41,834 nucleotides of DNA, from assembly GCA_041685645.1 (NCBI GenBank), contig JAWLFI010000001.1, positions 1 to 41,834 of the forward strand, in the 5' to 3' direction. Origin of the DNA: Saprospiraceae bacterium (GTDB lineage: Bacteria > Bacteroidota > Bacteroidia > Chitinophagales > Saprospiraceae). A program made the position numbers and the translations under genes. Shown here piece by piece: positions 19,289 through 27,965 of this stretch (within the stretch, counting starts at the first letter, position 1; the number at the start of each line of letters is the position of its first letter). The notes beneath the pieces were generated by a model. That model searched no databases, was not told the origin of the DNA, and saw only the letters and a list, made by a program, of their open reading frames with translations.

Positions 19289-20328
19289 AAAAAATACTGG
19301 TGATTGAGGATCAAACTGCGGTCCGGGAAAATATTTGTGAAATTCTCGAGCTCGCCGGCTATGAAGCCCATGCCGCGGCGGATGGAAAGCTCGGCTGTGA
19401 ACAGGCGATCCATCAGCGGCCCGATCTCATTCTCTGCGATGTAATGATGCCCAAATTGGATGGCTTTGGCGTCTTGAAAATTTTGCGCCAAAAACCGGAA
19501 ACACAAAGCATCCCCCTCATTTTCCTGACGGCAAAGGTCGAGCCCTCTGATCTGCGCAAAGGCATGGGCCTGGGCGCGGACGACTATATTACCAAACCCT
19601 TTGACGATACCGAGTTGCTGGAAGCTATCGAGCTGCGGCTGCGCAAGCGCGATGTGGAAATGGAGTCCATTCAGGCCTACAAGTCCAATATGGGAAACTT
19701 GCACTCTGAGGCGCGCGAGCAGGGTAGTCTGAATCAATTGATAGCGATGGGAACGGATGAGTGTTGGGCAAAGGGCGAGCAGATGTGGCAACTGCACCAA
19801 CATCCCGTCGGCATGTATTATATCACCAAAGGGTACGTTAAAGAATCTCTCCATCATAGCTCGGGCAAGGAGCTCCTCATCCGTTGGGTTGGCCCGGGTG
19901 AATTTATCGGCTACGCACCACTTTTATCCGAAAATCCCTACAGTTCCACTGCCACGGCGATGGAAGCCATTCAGGCAAAATTTATCAATGCGAAATCACT
20001 TTCAGCCATGATGTTCGAAAATCGGGATATCGCCCTGTATTTTCTCAGGCAGACCGTGGCCCACTCCGAACAATTGAATCGCTGGACGCTGGATCACGCC
20101 TACAGTTCGGTCCGACGGCGGGTGGCTCAGGCTCTTTTGTACCTCCATCAGCAGGGGGATTCTTCGGAGGTCGTGGTTGGACGGGACGATTTGGCGGCTT
20201 TGGCCGGGACCGCTAAGGAAACGACCATTCGCACACTCTCGGACTTCAAGTCGGAGGGCAGCATTGAGATCGAGGGGGGAGCGATTCATTTGTTACAGCC
20301 GGAAGCATTGGCGGATATCGAGTATTAA
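19285..20328 (+). CDS. Response regulator: receiver domain fused to a Crp/Fnr-type effector-binding barrel and HTH
   Basis: REC motifs: VIEDQ, LILCDVMMPKLDG, FLTAK, ITKPF. These are followed by a cNMP-binding-like barrel (GEFIGYAPLL) and a Crp-type HTH (LAALAGTAKETTIRTLSDF). Its start overlaps the kinase stop (ATGA). Confidence 0.9.
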   Translation: MKKILVIEDQTAVRENICEILELAGYEAHAAADGKLGCEQAIHQRPDLILCDVMMPKLDGFGVLKILRQKPETQSIPLIFLTAKVEPSDLRKGMGLGADDYITKPFDDTELLEAIELRLRKRDVEMESIQAYKSNMGNLHSEAREQGSLNQLIAMGTDECWAKGEQMWQLHQHPVGMYYITKGYVKESLHHSSGKELLIRWVGPGEFIGYAPLLSENPYSSTATAMEAIQAKFINAKSLSAMMFENRDIALYFLRQTVAHSEQLNRWTLDHAYSSVRRRVAQALLYLHQQGDSSEVVVGRDDLAALAGTAKETTIRTLSDFKSEGSIEIEGGAIHLLQPEALADIEY

Positions 20329-20342
20329 TATATTTTGGGTTT

Positions 20343-20540
20343 GGGCGCGTCCCCACAGCGGCAGAATCCGCCGACAGCGGCTTCTGAGGGCAGATAAGGC
20401 CGCTGTGGGGTCGCTATGCTTCGGGGCTCTCCGCCACCCGGCGGATCGGCTCCGCGCTGACTGCGTCGCGCGGATCTTCCTCGCCCCACCCCGGGCGGGG
20501 CTCGTCACCCACTCCGCAGCGCTCGCGCAATGGACGGAAT
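20343..20540. repeat. GC-rich intergenic repeat, family 1, copy b
   Basis: It starts GGGCGCGTCCCC. It has a perfect 12-bp stem CCCCACAGCGGC / GCCGCTGTGGGG (20351-20362 / 20399-20410), the core GGGGTCGCTATGCTTCG (20407-20423) and the 3' motif GCAGCGCTCGCGCAA (20516-20530). Confidence 0.7.
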
Positions 20541-20699
20541 CCTGAATTTACGGCTTTTTAGGGTGACTGCAAGGGAAAAGAGGATCATGCCACATATACA
20601 GAAGATGAAAATGAAAAATAATTAAAACTGTGCAATATGACAGTGCAGGCCGATAGAATACGAGAGAGTCCGAAAAATACAATATTTTGGGGATAGAGG

Positions 20700-20850
20700 G
20701 CTTTGTGTCAGCGCTGTGGAAGGCCACGGCGCAAGCGCGCCGTGGGTCCAAGCCCTCCCCTCCGGCTAATGGGAGGGGAGGGTGAAGGACCGATAGCCTG
20801 AAACATAGCGCCACCGGCTCGCCCTGAGGGCGAGCCGGTGGGACACCCAA
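20700..20850. repeat. GC-rich hairpin-module repeat, family 2, copy b (three consecutive perfect hairpins)
   Basis: The stems are CCACGGCGC/GCGCCGTGG (20724-20732 / 20737-20745), CCCTCCCCTCC/GGAGGGGAGGG (20753-20763 / 20772-20782) and CACCGGCTCGCCC/GGGCGAGCCGGTG (20812-20824 / 20828-20840). They are followed by GACACCCAAATTAAAAT. Confidence 0.7.
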
Positions 20851-20938
20851 ATTAAAATTAACTATAAATTAAAATATTAAAAAATATTTTCAAAAAAACT
20901 ATGGTTTACCTTTCGATTCCAATTAAATTGTATTAATA

Positions 20939-20952
20939 TTGATTATAATCAA
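20939..20952. promoter_or_regulatory. Perfect 14-bp palindrome TTGATTATAATCAA (exact TTGAT-N4-ATCAA) just upstream of the AddA-like gene
   Basis: The sequence is self-complementary over all 14 positions. It ends 16 nt before ATG 20968 and overlaps a TAATATTG (-7-like) element. Confidence 0.35.
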
Positions 20953-20967
20953 CGACACCCCTCTGCT

Positions 20968-23900
20968 ATGCTGCATGTTTATAAGGCTTCTGCCGGTTCC
21001 GGGAAAACCTTTCGATTGGTCTTGTTTTATCTCGACTTGTGCTTTCATCATCGGCATGAGCCCAATTACTTCAAGCATATTTTGGCGATGACATTTACCA
21101 ATGCTGCGACGGCGGAAATGAAAGATCGCATTCTAAGAGAACTCAAATATCTGTCGGAAGGGAGTGAAAAGGCTGAACACGCGGCTACTTTGCGAGAGAA
21201 TCACGGATTGAGTACAAAGGACTTGCAGCGGTCGGCCGCCGCGATTCTCCAGTCGATGATGGAGGACTATTCGGGCTTTGCAATTACCACAATTGATAGC
21301 TTTTTCCAGCGGATATTGCGCGTTTTTACTCGTGAAATTGGCCTGAATCAGGGCTATGAGGTGGAATTAGATACGGACAAAGTGCTGCAACGGGTGATGG
21401 ATGAATTATTAGCTGACCTTACAGAGGATAGTCCCGCTATGTATTGGATTGAGCACGTGTTGGAGGAGCGCTGGATGGAGGGAAAGAGCAATAATTTTCG
21501 TCGGGATTTATTGGAGCTGGGAGGTGAGTTGTTCAAGGAAGGCGTACATCAAAAGTTGGCACAGGAGGATGTGAGTGCGCTGCGAGAAAAGGGAAGAGAG
21601 GTGTATGCACAGATGGAAGAGATCGAGGCCGAGTTGGCGGCCATTCAAGATGAAGTAGAGGGTGTATTGTATCAGCACGACCTAGGGTTTGACGATTTTA
21701 GTCGCAAGAAAAGCAGTTTTGTGGGGACCTGGCTGAACACCTATTCAGATGTCTCTAAAATAATCAAAAACGGACCTGAGAGTTTTCGAAATATATTATC
21801 GAAAAACATTGATGAGGTCGATAGCTGGACTACAAAAACTGCACCTGCCGATACCGTGGGAAAAGTGGAGGCAGCTTCTGATGAGCTGAATCGCTTATTG
21901 AGAAAGACGGTGCAGTGGATCGATGAAAGATTGCCCATGTATTTTAGTTTATACCTTATTCGCAAGAAATATACATCTTATGGGTTTTTAGCCATTTTGA
22001 ACGAATATGTGCAGGCCTATTGCCAGCGGGAACAGAAAGTATTGTTATCCGACACCTCTGAAATGTTGAAAGAGGTCGTGCGTATTCAAATTATGCCTTT
22101 CTTTTACGAGCGCATCGGAGATCGGTACCACCACGTATTGTTAGATGAATTTCAAGACACTTCTACCTCGCAGTGGGAGGTGTTAGATGCCCTGGTGGAG
22201 GAATTGGTGGCAGCGGGAAACAAAGACTCATTGGTTGTGGGAGATGTGAAGCAGGCGATCTATCGGTGGCGGAATGGGAACTGGCAGATATTGCAGTTGG
22301 GCTTGCGACAGAAATACGAGCCTCTGGAGCAGTATCGGCCGGAACAACTGAAAAACAATTGGCGATCGAGGGAGGAGATCGTTGGGTTCAATAATGAACT
22401 CTATGGTGCACTGGCTGAGTTGGCCGAAGTGGAATTGGCGAATGCCTTTTCGCAGTACGGAGTAGATCAGGGAGGAGAAACTTCTATTATCGGCGATATA
22501 TTTGCAGGTCACGAGCAGGGCATTCACGAGAAAATGAAGGAAGCCAGAGCTGGCGGTTTTGTTTGTATCGATGGGTTTTTAGAGCCCAATAAGGATAGTG
22601 GTATAGAGAAGGAGGAGCAGGAGGTTTATTTTTTTGACTTGATCAGGGATCGTTTAGTTTCGCTCAAGAACCGGGGCTTTTCTCGTTCCGATATTTGTAT
22701 TTTGGTACGTCGGGGAAAAGAGGCTCTGGAAATATCTGAATATTTATTGGAATGGCAGAGAGAGGACCAGGACACTTTTACTTTCACCTCTCCCCAGGCT
22801 TTGGAATTGTCAAATTCATATATCGTTCAGGGTCTAATGGCCTTTTTCAAGCTGATGATAGGTCGCGAGGTGAAAGTGGCCTGGCTCGAGTGGGAACAGG
22901 CGGTAGAAAAACTACAGTGCGGGGGATTGAGTCGGGGTGTATTAGAGGAAATGATCCGGGATGCGCAAGCGCAATCCCTTTGGGAAATAGCGGAGCGAGT
23001 AGTGGTGGAGACCGAATGGTCAAAAATAGAGGCTGAACTTCCCTTCTTATTGGAGTTTCAGAATCAAATTTTACAATACGTCGATCAGGAGCAGGGGCAC
23101 CTTAGGGATTGGGTCGATTTTTATTACGACCGGGAGATTTTTAGGAGCTCGATTATTTTGCCAGAAAATCAGGATGCCATACGCGTCTCGACGATTCATA
23201 AATCCAAGGGAATGGAATACCCCGTGGTATTATTACCCTATATGGATATGGATATTACCTCTGTATCGAAAAGCGTAAATAAGACGATTATATGGGCAGA
23301 GCACTTTGCTCTTATGGGTCGGCAATGGTCCACTTACCCACTTGAATTTGGCCGGCATTTGGCGTATAGTACGTTATCAGAAGAGTTTTCACGGGAGTTT
23401 ATAGCCCAGTGGATTGACACTTTGAACTTGTGTTATGTCGCGACGACAAGACCCAGGGAGGAAGTGCATCTCTTTTTGAAGGAAGTGGAGCCACAAAAAC
23501 CTGTTAAATTATTGAGTCAACTCCTTTGGGACGCTTTGAATTCGGAGGGTGCGCAGGACATTCAGTCCGAGATGGGGCATAAGAGAATAGTTCGGGGAGT
23601 CCCCATGGAGAATCGCGTTAGGAAAGATGAGGAGGAAGATTATGATTCCATTGCTCTTCGGGAATACCGCGGGGCTCGACCTATACCGTCCATTTCAGAT
23701 CCCGGAGGAGGCTTGCAGGAAGAATCGGAGAACAACGCATTGAGCCGTGGGCGAAAATTGCACGAAATATTGGAGCGCGTGTACGACGAAGAGAGTTTGA
23801 ACCGATCCATAACGGCCGTCATAGAACAAGGGGTACTAGTTGAAGAGGAGCGCGAAACATATTTCGAGGCTTTGTCACCTCTTATGCATCACGACGAGAT

Positions 23901-24165
23901 TGGTCCTTTACTGGGTCTTAAAGAGGGGCGCATGGTGGAGCGCGAGTTATTGGTTCCGGGCAGTGTAATACAACGTCCGGACCGGGTCATTCGTCAGGAA
24001 AATCGCACCTTGGTTATTGATTTCAAAACCGGGAAGAAATATCCCGCCCACCGGGATCAAATCCGCAATTACATGAAGAGCCTGGTAGAGATGAAGGCAC
24101 CGACGGTGGAAGGATATCTGGTGTATATCGATGCCGTAGAGGTGGATCGCGTAGAATTATCTTAA
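20968..24165 (+). CDS. AddA-like UvrD/Rep-family helicase with a C-terminal PD-(D/E)XK nuclease domain
   Basis: 1065 aa. Walker A ASAGSGKT at the N-terminus, DEFQDTS (helicase motif II), VSTIHKSKGMEYP (motif V/VI region), and a C-terminal nuclease motif RPDRVI...LVIDFKTGKK. Confidence 0.88.
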   Translation: MLHVYKASAGSGKTFRLVLFYLDLCFHHRHEPNYFKHILAMTFTNAATAEMKDRILRELKYLSEGSEKAEHAATLRENHGLSTKDLQRSAAAILQSMMEDYSGFAITTIDSFFQRILRVFTREIGLNQGYEVELDTDKVLQRVMDELLADLTEDSPAMYWIEHVLEERWMEGKSNNFRRDLLELGGELFKEGVHQKLAQEDVSALREKGREVYAQMEEIEAELAAIQDEVEGVLYQHDLGFDDFSRKKSSFVGTWLNTYSDVSKIIKNGPESFRNILSKNIDEVDSWTTKTAPADTVGKVEAASDELNRLLRKTVQWIDERLPMYFSLYLIRKKYTSYGFLAILNEYVQAYCQREQKVLLSDTSEMLKEVVRIQIMPFFYERIGDRYHHVLLDEFQDTSTSQWEVLDALVEELVAAGNKDSLVVGDVKQAIYRWRNGNWQILQLGLRQKYEPLEQYRPEQLKNNWRSREEIVGFNNELYGALAELAEVELANAFSQYGVDQGGETSIIGDIFAGHEQGIHEKMKEARAGGFVCIDGFLEPNKDSGIEKEEQEVYFFDLIRDRLVSLKNRGFSRSDICILVRRGKEALEISEYLLEWQREDQDTFTFTSPQALELSNSYIVQGLMAFFKLMIGREVKVAWLEWEQAVEKLQCGGLSRGVLEEMIRDAQAQSLWEIAERVVVETEWSKIEAELPFLLEFQNQILQYVDQEQGHLRDWVDFYYDREIFRSSIILPENQDAIRVSTIHKSKGMEYPVVLLPYMDMDITSVSKSVNKTIIWAEHFALMGRQWSTYPLEFGRHLAYSTLSEEFSREFIAQWIDTLNLCYVATTRPREEVHLFLKEVEPQKPVKLLSQLLWDALNSEGAQDIQSEMGHKRIVRGVPMENRVRKDEEEDYDSIALREYRGARPIPSISDPGGGLQEESENNALSRGRKLHEILERVYDEESLNRSITAVIEQGVLVEEERETYFEALSPLMHHDEIGPLLGLKEGRMVERELLVPGSVIQRPDRVIRQENRTLVIDFKTGKKYPAHRDQIRNYMKSLVEMKAPTVEGYLVYIDAVEVDRVELS

Positions 24166-24187
24166 ATTTTATCAAAACGCAGAAAAT

Positions 24188-27064
24188 ATGTTTCTTCAGG
24201 AGGTCGCTCAAAAGATACAAGCCCGGCAAGAGGGAGATTTTAGTCAAACGTTAATTCTCACGCCAAACCGCCGAGCTGGATTGTTTCTACAGCGAGAAAT
24301 TCAGTCTCTCAACTCAGAACCCATTTGGTCTCCCATCATGATGACCCTGGACGAGTGGATCAAGTATCAGGTCGAAGAAGTAGAAGCCGATCGTTTGTCA
24401 GTTATTTATAAGTTATATGAGTTTTGGAATCAGGCCTTAGATCAAAAGGAGACCTTTGAGAACTTTTACTTTTTTGGTCAGCGGCTGCTGGATGATTTCG
24501 ATCAGTTAGATAAATATAGAATTGATGCCGACCGCTTATTTACAAACCTTGCGGATGAGAAAGATATCGATGCCTTATTTTCTGACTGGAAGCAGGAGTT
24601 AATCGATCATTTGCGACAATTTTGGAGCTCTGTGCAGACCGTGCAACAAAATCAGGGTGAGTCGGAGCAACAAATTGAGAATTTTACCTTTTTGTGGCGG
24701 CGGCTGGGCGAGATGAAGCGCAGTTTGGACGAGCGATTATTGGCAGAGAAGAAAGCTTATAGCGGTCAAATGTACAGGCAATTGAGTGATCATTTGTCCC
24801 GATTAGACGACTGGCGAGACTATGACATTTATTTTGTTGGGTTTAATCGACTCAACCGATCAGAGCAGAAAGTGATGCGCTATTGCGTCAGTCAATATGG
24901 TGCACAAGTCTTTTGGAATTACGATAAGAATCTACTAGAGGAAGGGACGTACAATAATGCCGGCCGGTTTATTCGTGGAGAGCATCTTTATTCCGATGGA
25001 AATCATCACAATATTTGCAGCGACTGGATGAATTCTCCGAAGGAAGTGGAGTTGTTTGGGGTACAGAAGAAGGCCGCACAAGCACAATGGGTGGCTCGGA
25101 TTTTAGAAAAATCCGATGTGTCGGCAGATCGTATTGCCATCATTTTGCCCGATGAGTCATTGCTCCTGCCCATATTGAGCAGTTTGCCCAAAAGGATTAG
25201 CGATGTCAATATTTCCATGGGCGTATCCCTCAAGGAGACCCCGATTTTGTCCCTGTTGCAGCAATATTTGACCATGCATCAGCGTCGGATCAGTGATACG
25301 GACTGGTTTTTATCCGAGGATGTACAACGAGTATTGGAGCACCCATATGTCGAGTCAGATCAGATATCTTCACTCTCTCTGGATCAATATACCATTTCCT
25401 CTGCCGCATTGATCGCGGCTCTGGAACCCATGCATAAGCATTGGTTTGCTCCCATCGAACACGATCGACCCGAGGAGTTGTTCGATCATTTTCTGCAGGG
25501 TCTGGAGGCATTGTACCAGTATCAACAAGAGCAATCCGCCGGGGCTGAAGGCCTGTCTCAATACATTTCTGAAATCATTGTATTTGCGGGTCAACGATTG
25601 CGCCGATTGCGGGATATCTATCGCGAGGAGCGCATCGAACTTTCTTTTGATGCTTTGCATGTTTTGATCGATCACTACTTCCGTCATGCCCGCATTCCTT
25701 TTAAGGGCGTTCCACTGAGAGGTTTGCAGATCTTAGGGCCACTGGAGGCGAGAAATCTAGATTTTGATCACGTCATTATCCCACAGATGAACGAGGGCTC
25801 CTTTCCGGGAAGTCCCTCACAGTCCCTCATTCCCTACCATTTGCAGAAGGCCTTCCGCATTCCCGTTCCTGAGGAGGCATTAGCTGAGGAGGCATATTAC
25901 TTTTATATGGCCATTGCCAGGGCCTCTAAAGTGAGCTTATTATACAATGAACTGACGGGAGATTTGGGTGCTAAAGAGTTGAGTCGCTTTGCGCAATCTA
26001 TTCGACTGTTTTTGCCCCCGTCCTGGACCTTGAAGGAGAAAAAACACCTGCAGTCCAATCAGAGTACTTTTCAAGATCCAGTCATTATAGAAAAAACCCC
26101 GGAAATCCGGAGTGCAATTCTGGCGGACTTGAAACGGGGTCTCTCACCATCTAAATTGCAAACCTATTTGGATTGTTCCCTGAAGTATTATCTAAAATAC
26201 ATAGAGGGAAGGAGAACGGAAACCACAACGGATCGCAAGTATTCCGGTTTGACACTCGGGCGCGTTTTGCACAAAACCATGGAGAATTTGTACGAGAAGG
26301 GCAGGAATTATACCCCAGAGGATATTGATAACTTAATGGAAAAAGCCGAATCCATGGTTCAGGAGATTATGGAGAAGAACTTAAAGATTCATCCGAAATT
26401 TCAAAATCGGGGTGAGTTATTACTCATTAGAAATTACATCATTGATCGGGTTCGCCATATTTTGGAATACGATAAGAAGTGGGCGCCCTTTACCATGGTA
26501 CAGCACGAATTTGATGTGGGGGACTATAGCGACAGCTCTATCCCCATTCGGGGTGTGGAAGGCCTAAACTCCATTCGGTTTAAGGGAATAATAGATCGGG
26601 TGGACAAAAAGGGGAGTCTTTTGCGCCTATCGGATTACAAAACAGGTGTTATTTCTCTAAGGAGTAACCGTCCGAGCAGTGAGATCGCAGATTGGGAGGA
26701 TATGATGGCTAGCGAACAAAAGCAATATCATTCACTTGCCATTCAGTTGGGACTATATGGATGGGTAGTTGGTCGCTTAAAACCGAGTTCACTAGGTTCT
26801 TTTCAAGACATACAATTGGGGAACTACACCGTGCAGGAGATGAGTAATCCAGCAGAGTATGATCATCGCTTTCGAAAGGGTAGGAAGGTTCTGGAATCCC
26901 TGGATGCAGATGACTATCACTCCATTGAAGCCGGCTTAACTCAAGTTTTCAGGGAAATGCTGGATCCCGAGCGGGCGTTTTACCAAACGGATGATACCTC
27001 GAAATGCAACTTTTGCCCTTTCAACCAATTTTGTAAACGGACCGATCCGGCATTCTTTGGATAG
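24188..27064 (+). CDS. AddB-like PD-(D/E)XK nuclease subunit with a C-terminal Fe-S cysteine set
   Basis: 958 aa with a degenerate N-terminal helicase-like region. Nuclease motif GIIDRVD...RLSDYKTG. Cys residues at YLDCSLKYY and KCNFCPFNQFC match the AddB iron-staple arrangement. Confidence 0.82.
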   Translation: MFLQEVAQKIQARQEGDFSQTLILTPNRRAGLFLQREIQSLNSEPIWSPIMMTLDEWIKYQVEEVEADRLSVIYKLYEFWNQALDQKETFENFYFFGQRLLDDFDQLDKYRIDADRLFTNLADEKDIDALFSDWKQELIDHLRQFWSSVQTVQQNQGESEQQIENFTFLWRRLGEMKRSLDERLLAEKKAYSGQMYRQLSDHLSRLDDWRDYDIYFVGFNRLNRSEQKVMRYCVSQYGAQVFWNYDKNLLEEGTYNNAGRFIRGEHLYSDGNHHNICSDWMNSPKEVELFGVQKKAAQAQWVARILEKSDVSADRIAIILPDESLLLPILSSLPKRISDVNISMGVSLKETPILSLLQQYLTMHQRRISDTDWFLSEDVQRVLEHPYVESDQISSLSLDQYTISSAALIAALEPMHKHWFAPIEHDRPEELFDHFLQGLEALYQYQQEQSAGAEGLSQYISEIIVFAGQRLRRLRDIYREERIELSFDALHVLIDHYFRHARIPFKGVPLRGLQILGPLEARNLDFDHVIIPQMNEGSFPGSPSQSLIPYHLQKAFRIPVPEEALAEEAYYFYMAIARASKVSLLYNELTGDLGAKELSRFAQSIRLFLPPSWTLKEKKHLQSNQSTFQDPVIIEKTPEIRSAILADLKRGLSPSKLQTYLDCSLKYYLKYIEGRRTETTTDRKYSGLTLGRVLHKTMENLYEKGRNYTPEDIDNLMEKAESMVQEIMEKNLKIHPKFQNRGELLLIRNYIIDRVRHILEYDKKWAPFTMVQHEFDVGDYSDSSIPIRGVEGLNSIRFKGIIDRVDKKGSLLRLSDYKTGVISLRSNRPSSEIADWEDMMASEQKQYHSLAIQLGLYGWVVGRLKPSSLGSFQDIQLGNYTVQEMSNPAEYDHRFRKGRKVLESLDADDYHSIEAGLTQVFREMLDPERAFYQTDDTSKCNFCPFNQFCKRTDPAFFG

Positions 27065-27243
27065 AGGCAAACAGTCGATTTGTCGATTATTTCTGGTGTT
27101 TTGTCGACAATGATATTGTATTTGTAGTTCTCAAGCAATCTGATTTGAGATGGTAAGTTTATTAATTGTTGTTTAGATACATAAAATGACTTTGTTCTGC
27201 TTACTTCACTCTCAAACTAACCATTCTGCCTACAAAATCAAAC

Positions 27244-27738
27244 ATGAATAAAACAACGACTCCAATTACTATTCAGAGAAAGACTCAATTCGACGTAGAA
27301 AAGACTATTGGTCATCAGTCTGCATTACTGACCACCCGATTGAGAAAAACGCTGCTTGATATTTTAGAAAAAAACAATTTAGACATTAACCCCGATGAGT
27401 TGGGAGTCCTTTCTAATTTAATGAAGCGCCCGTCTATGACGATGACGCAGCTTGCTGAATGTATTCTCAAGGATAACGCAAATGTGACTCGATTGGTCAA
27501 GGGGTTGGAGAGAAAGGAGCTTTTGCAGAAATCACAAGACCCATCGGATAAAAGGATTAGCAGGATTTCTATCACTGGCTTGGGCATTGAAAAAGTAGAA
27601 AGAGCCCTGGACAAGATGGAAAACTTAACACAAAGAGCTACGTATAATATTTCTCAAAAAGAACACGACGATACCTGCGAAGTTCTTACTCGCATCAATG
27701 ATAATCTAGCGGAGTTTCTAGCTTCTGATGAAGCTTAA
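27244..27738 (+). CDS. MarR-family transcriptional regulator
   Basis: 164 aa with a winged-HTH pattern: MTMTQLAECILKDNANVTRLVKGLERKELLQKSQDPSDKRISRISITGLG. Confidence 0.85.
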   Translation: MNKTTTPITIQRKTQFDVEKTIGHQSALLTTRLRKTLLDILEKNNLDINPDELGVLSNLMKRPSMTMTQLAECILKDNANVTRLVKGLERKELLQKSQDPSDKRISRISITGLGIEKVERALDKMENLTQRATYNISQKEHDDTCEVLTRINDNLAEFLASDEA

Positions 27739-27882
27739 TCCATATTCTTACTCCTTAGACATGCCTTGGAAACGGGACTAGAAAACGATTTAGGGGATTC
27801 AAATTTAAGTGTAGTTTTCCTTTTTATCCTTTGCGTCAGCAGGGTTCACAGTGCATTTTTAGGTATATAATGAATATGGGAT

Positions 27883-27897
27883 TGAGATAATATCTCA
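27883..27897. promoter_or_regulatory. 15-bp palindrome TGAGATAATATCTCA upstream of the TonB-dependent receptor (candidate MarR operator)
   Basis: Perfect 7+1+7 inverted repeat, about 70 nt upstream of ATG 27966 and downstream of marR. Confidence 0.3.
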
Positions 27898-27965
27898 GCA
27901 TTGATTGACTATATTGCCATTTCATTGATGTTTTTTTTATAAATTGCCTCTCTTAAAACATTGAT

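Noticed and set aside
19222-19857. A 211-aa ORF on the minus strand.
   Set aside because: It is antisense to the receiver domain of the REC-Crp gene, which has clear conserved motifs on the plus strand. The antisense ORF shows no motifs.
20177-20850. The ORFs at 20177-20545 (+), 20293-20508 (-) and 20548-20850 (-).
   Set aside because: They run through the GC-rich hairpin repeats, or lie antisense to or out of frame with the 3' end of the regulator gene. Their low-complexity Arg/Pro/Gly/Ala content fits repeat artefacts.
20968-27064. The UvrD-type helicase plus PD-(D/E)XK nuclease gene pair, considered as a possible novel phage-defence system (of the Gabija, Hachiman or Nhi helicase-nuclease kind).
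   Set aside because: The architecture is that of AddAB recombination enzymes. The ~1065-aa helicase has its own C-terminal nuclease motif. The ~958-aa partner has a degenerate helicase-like N-terminus, a D-Y-K-T-G nuclease motif and four Cys in the AddB iron-staple arrangement. AddAB-type enzymes are housekeeping genes reported for Bacteroidota. No other defence-island markers are adjacent. A phylogenetic and synteny check would settle the question.
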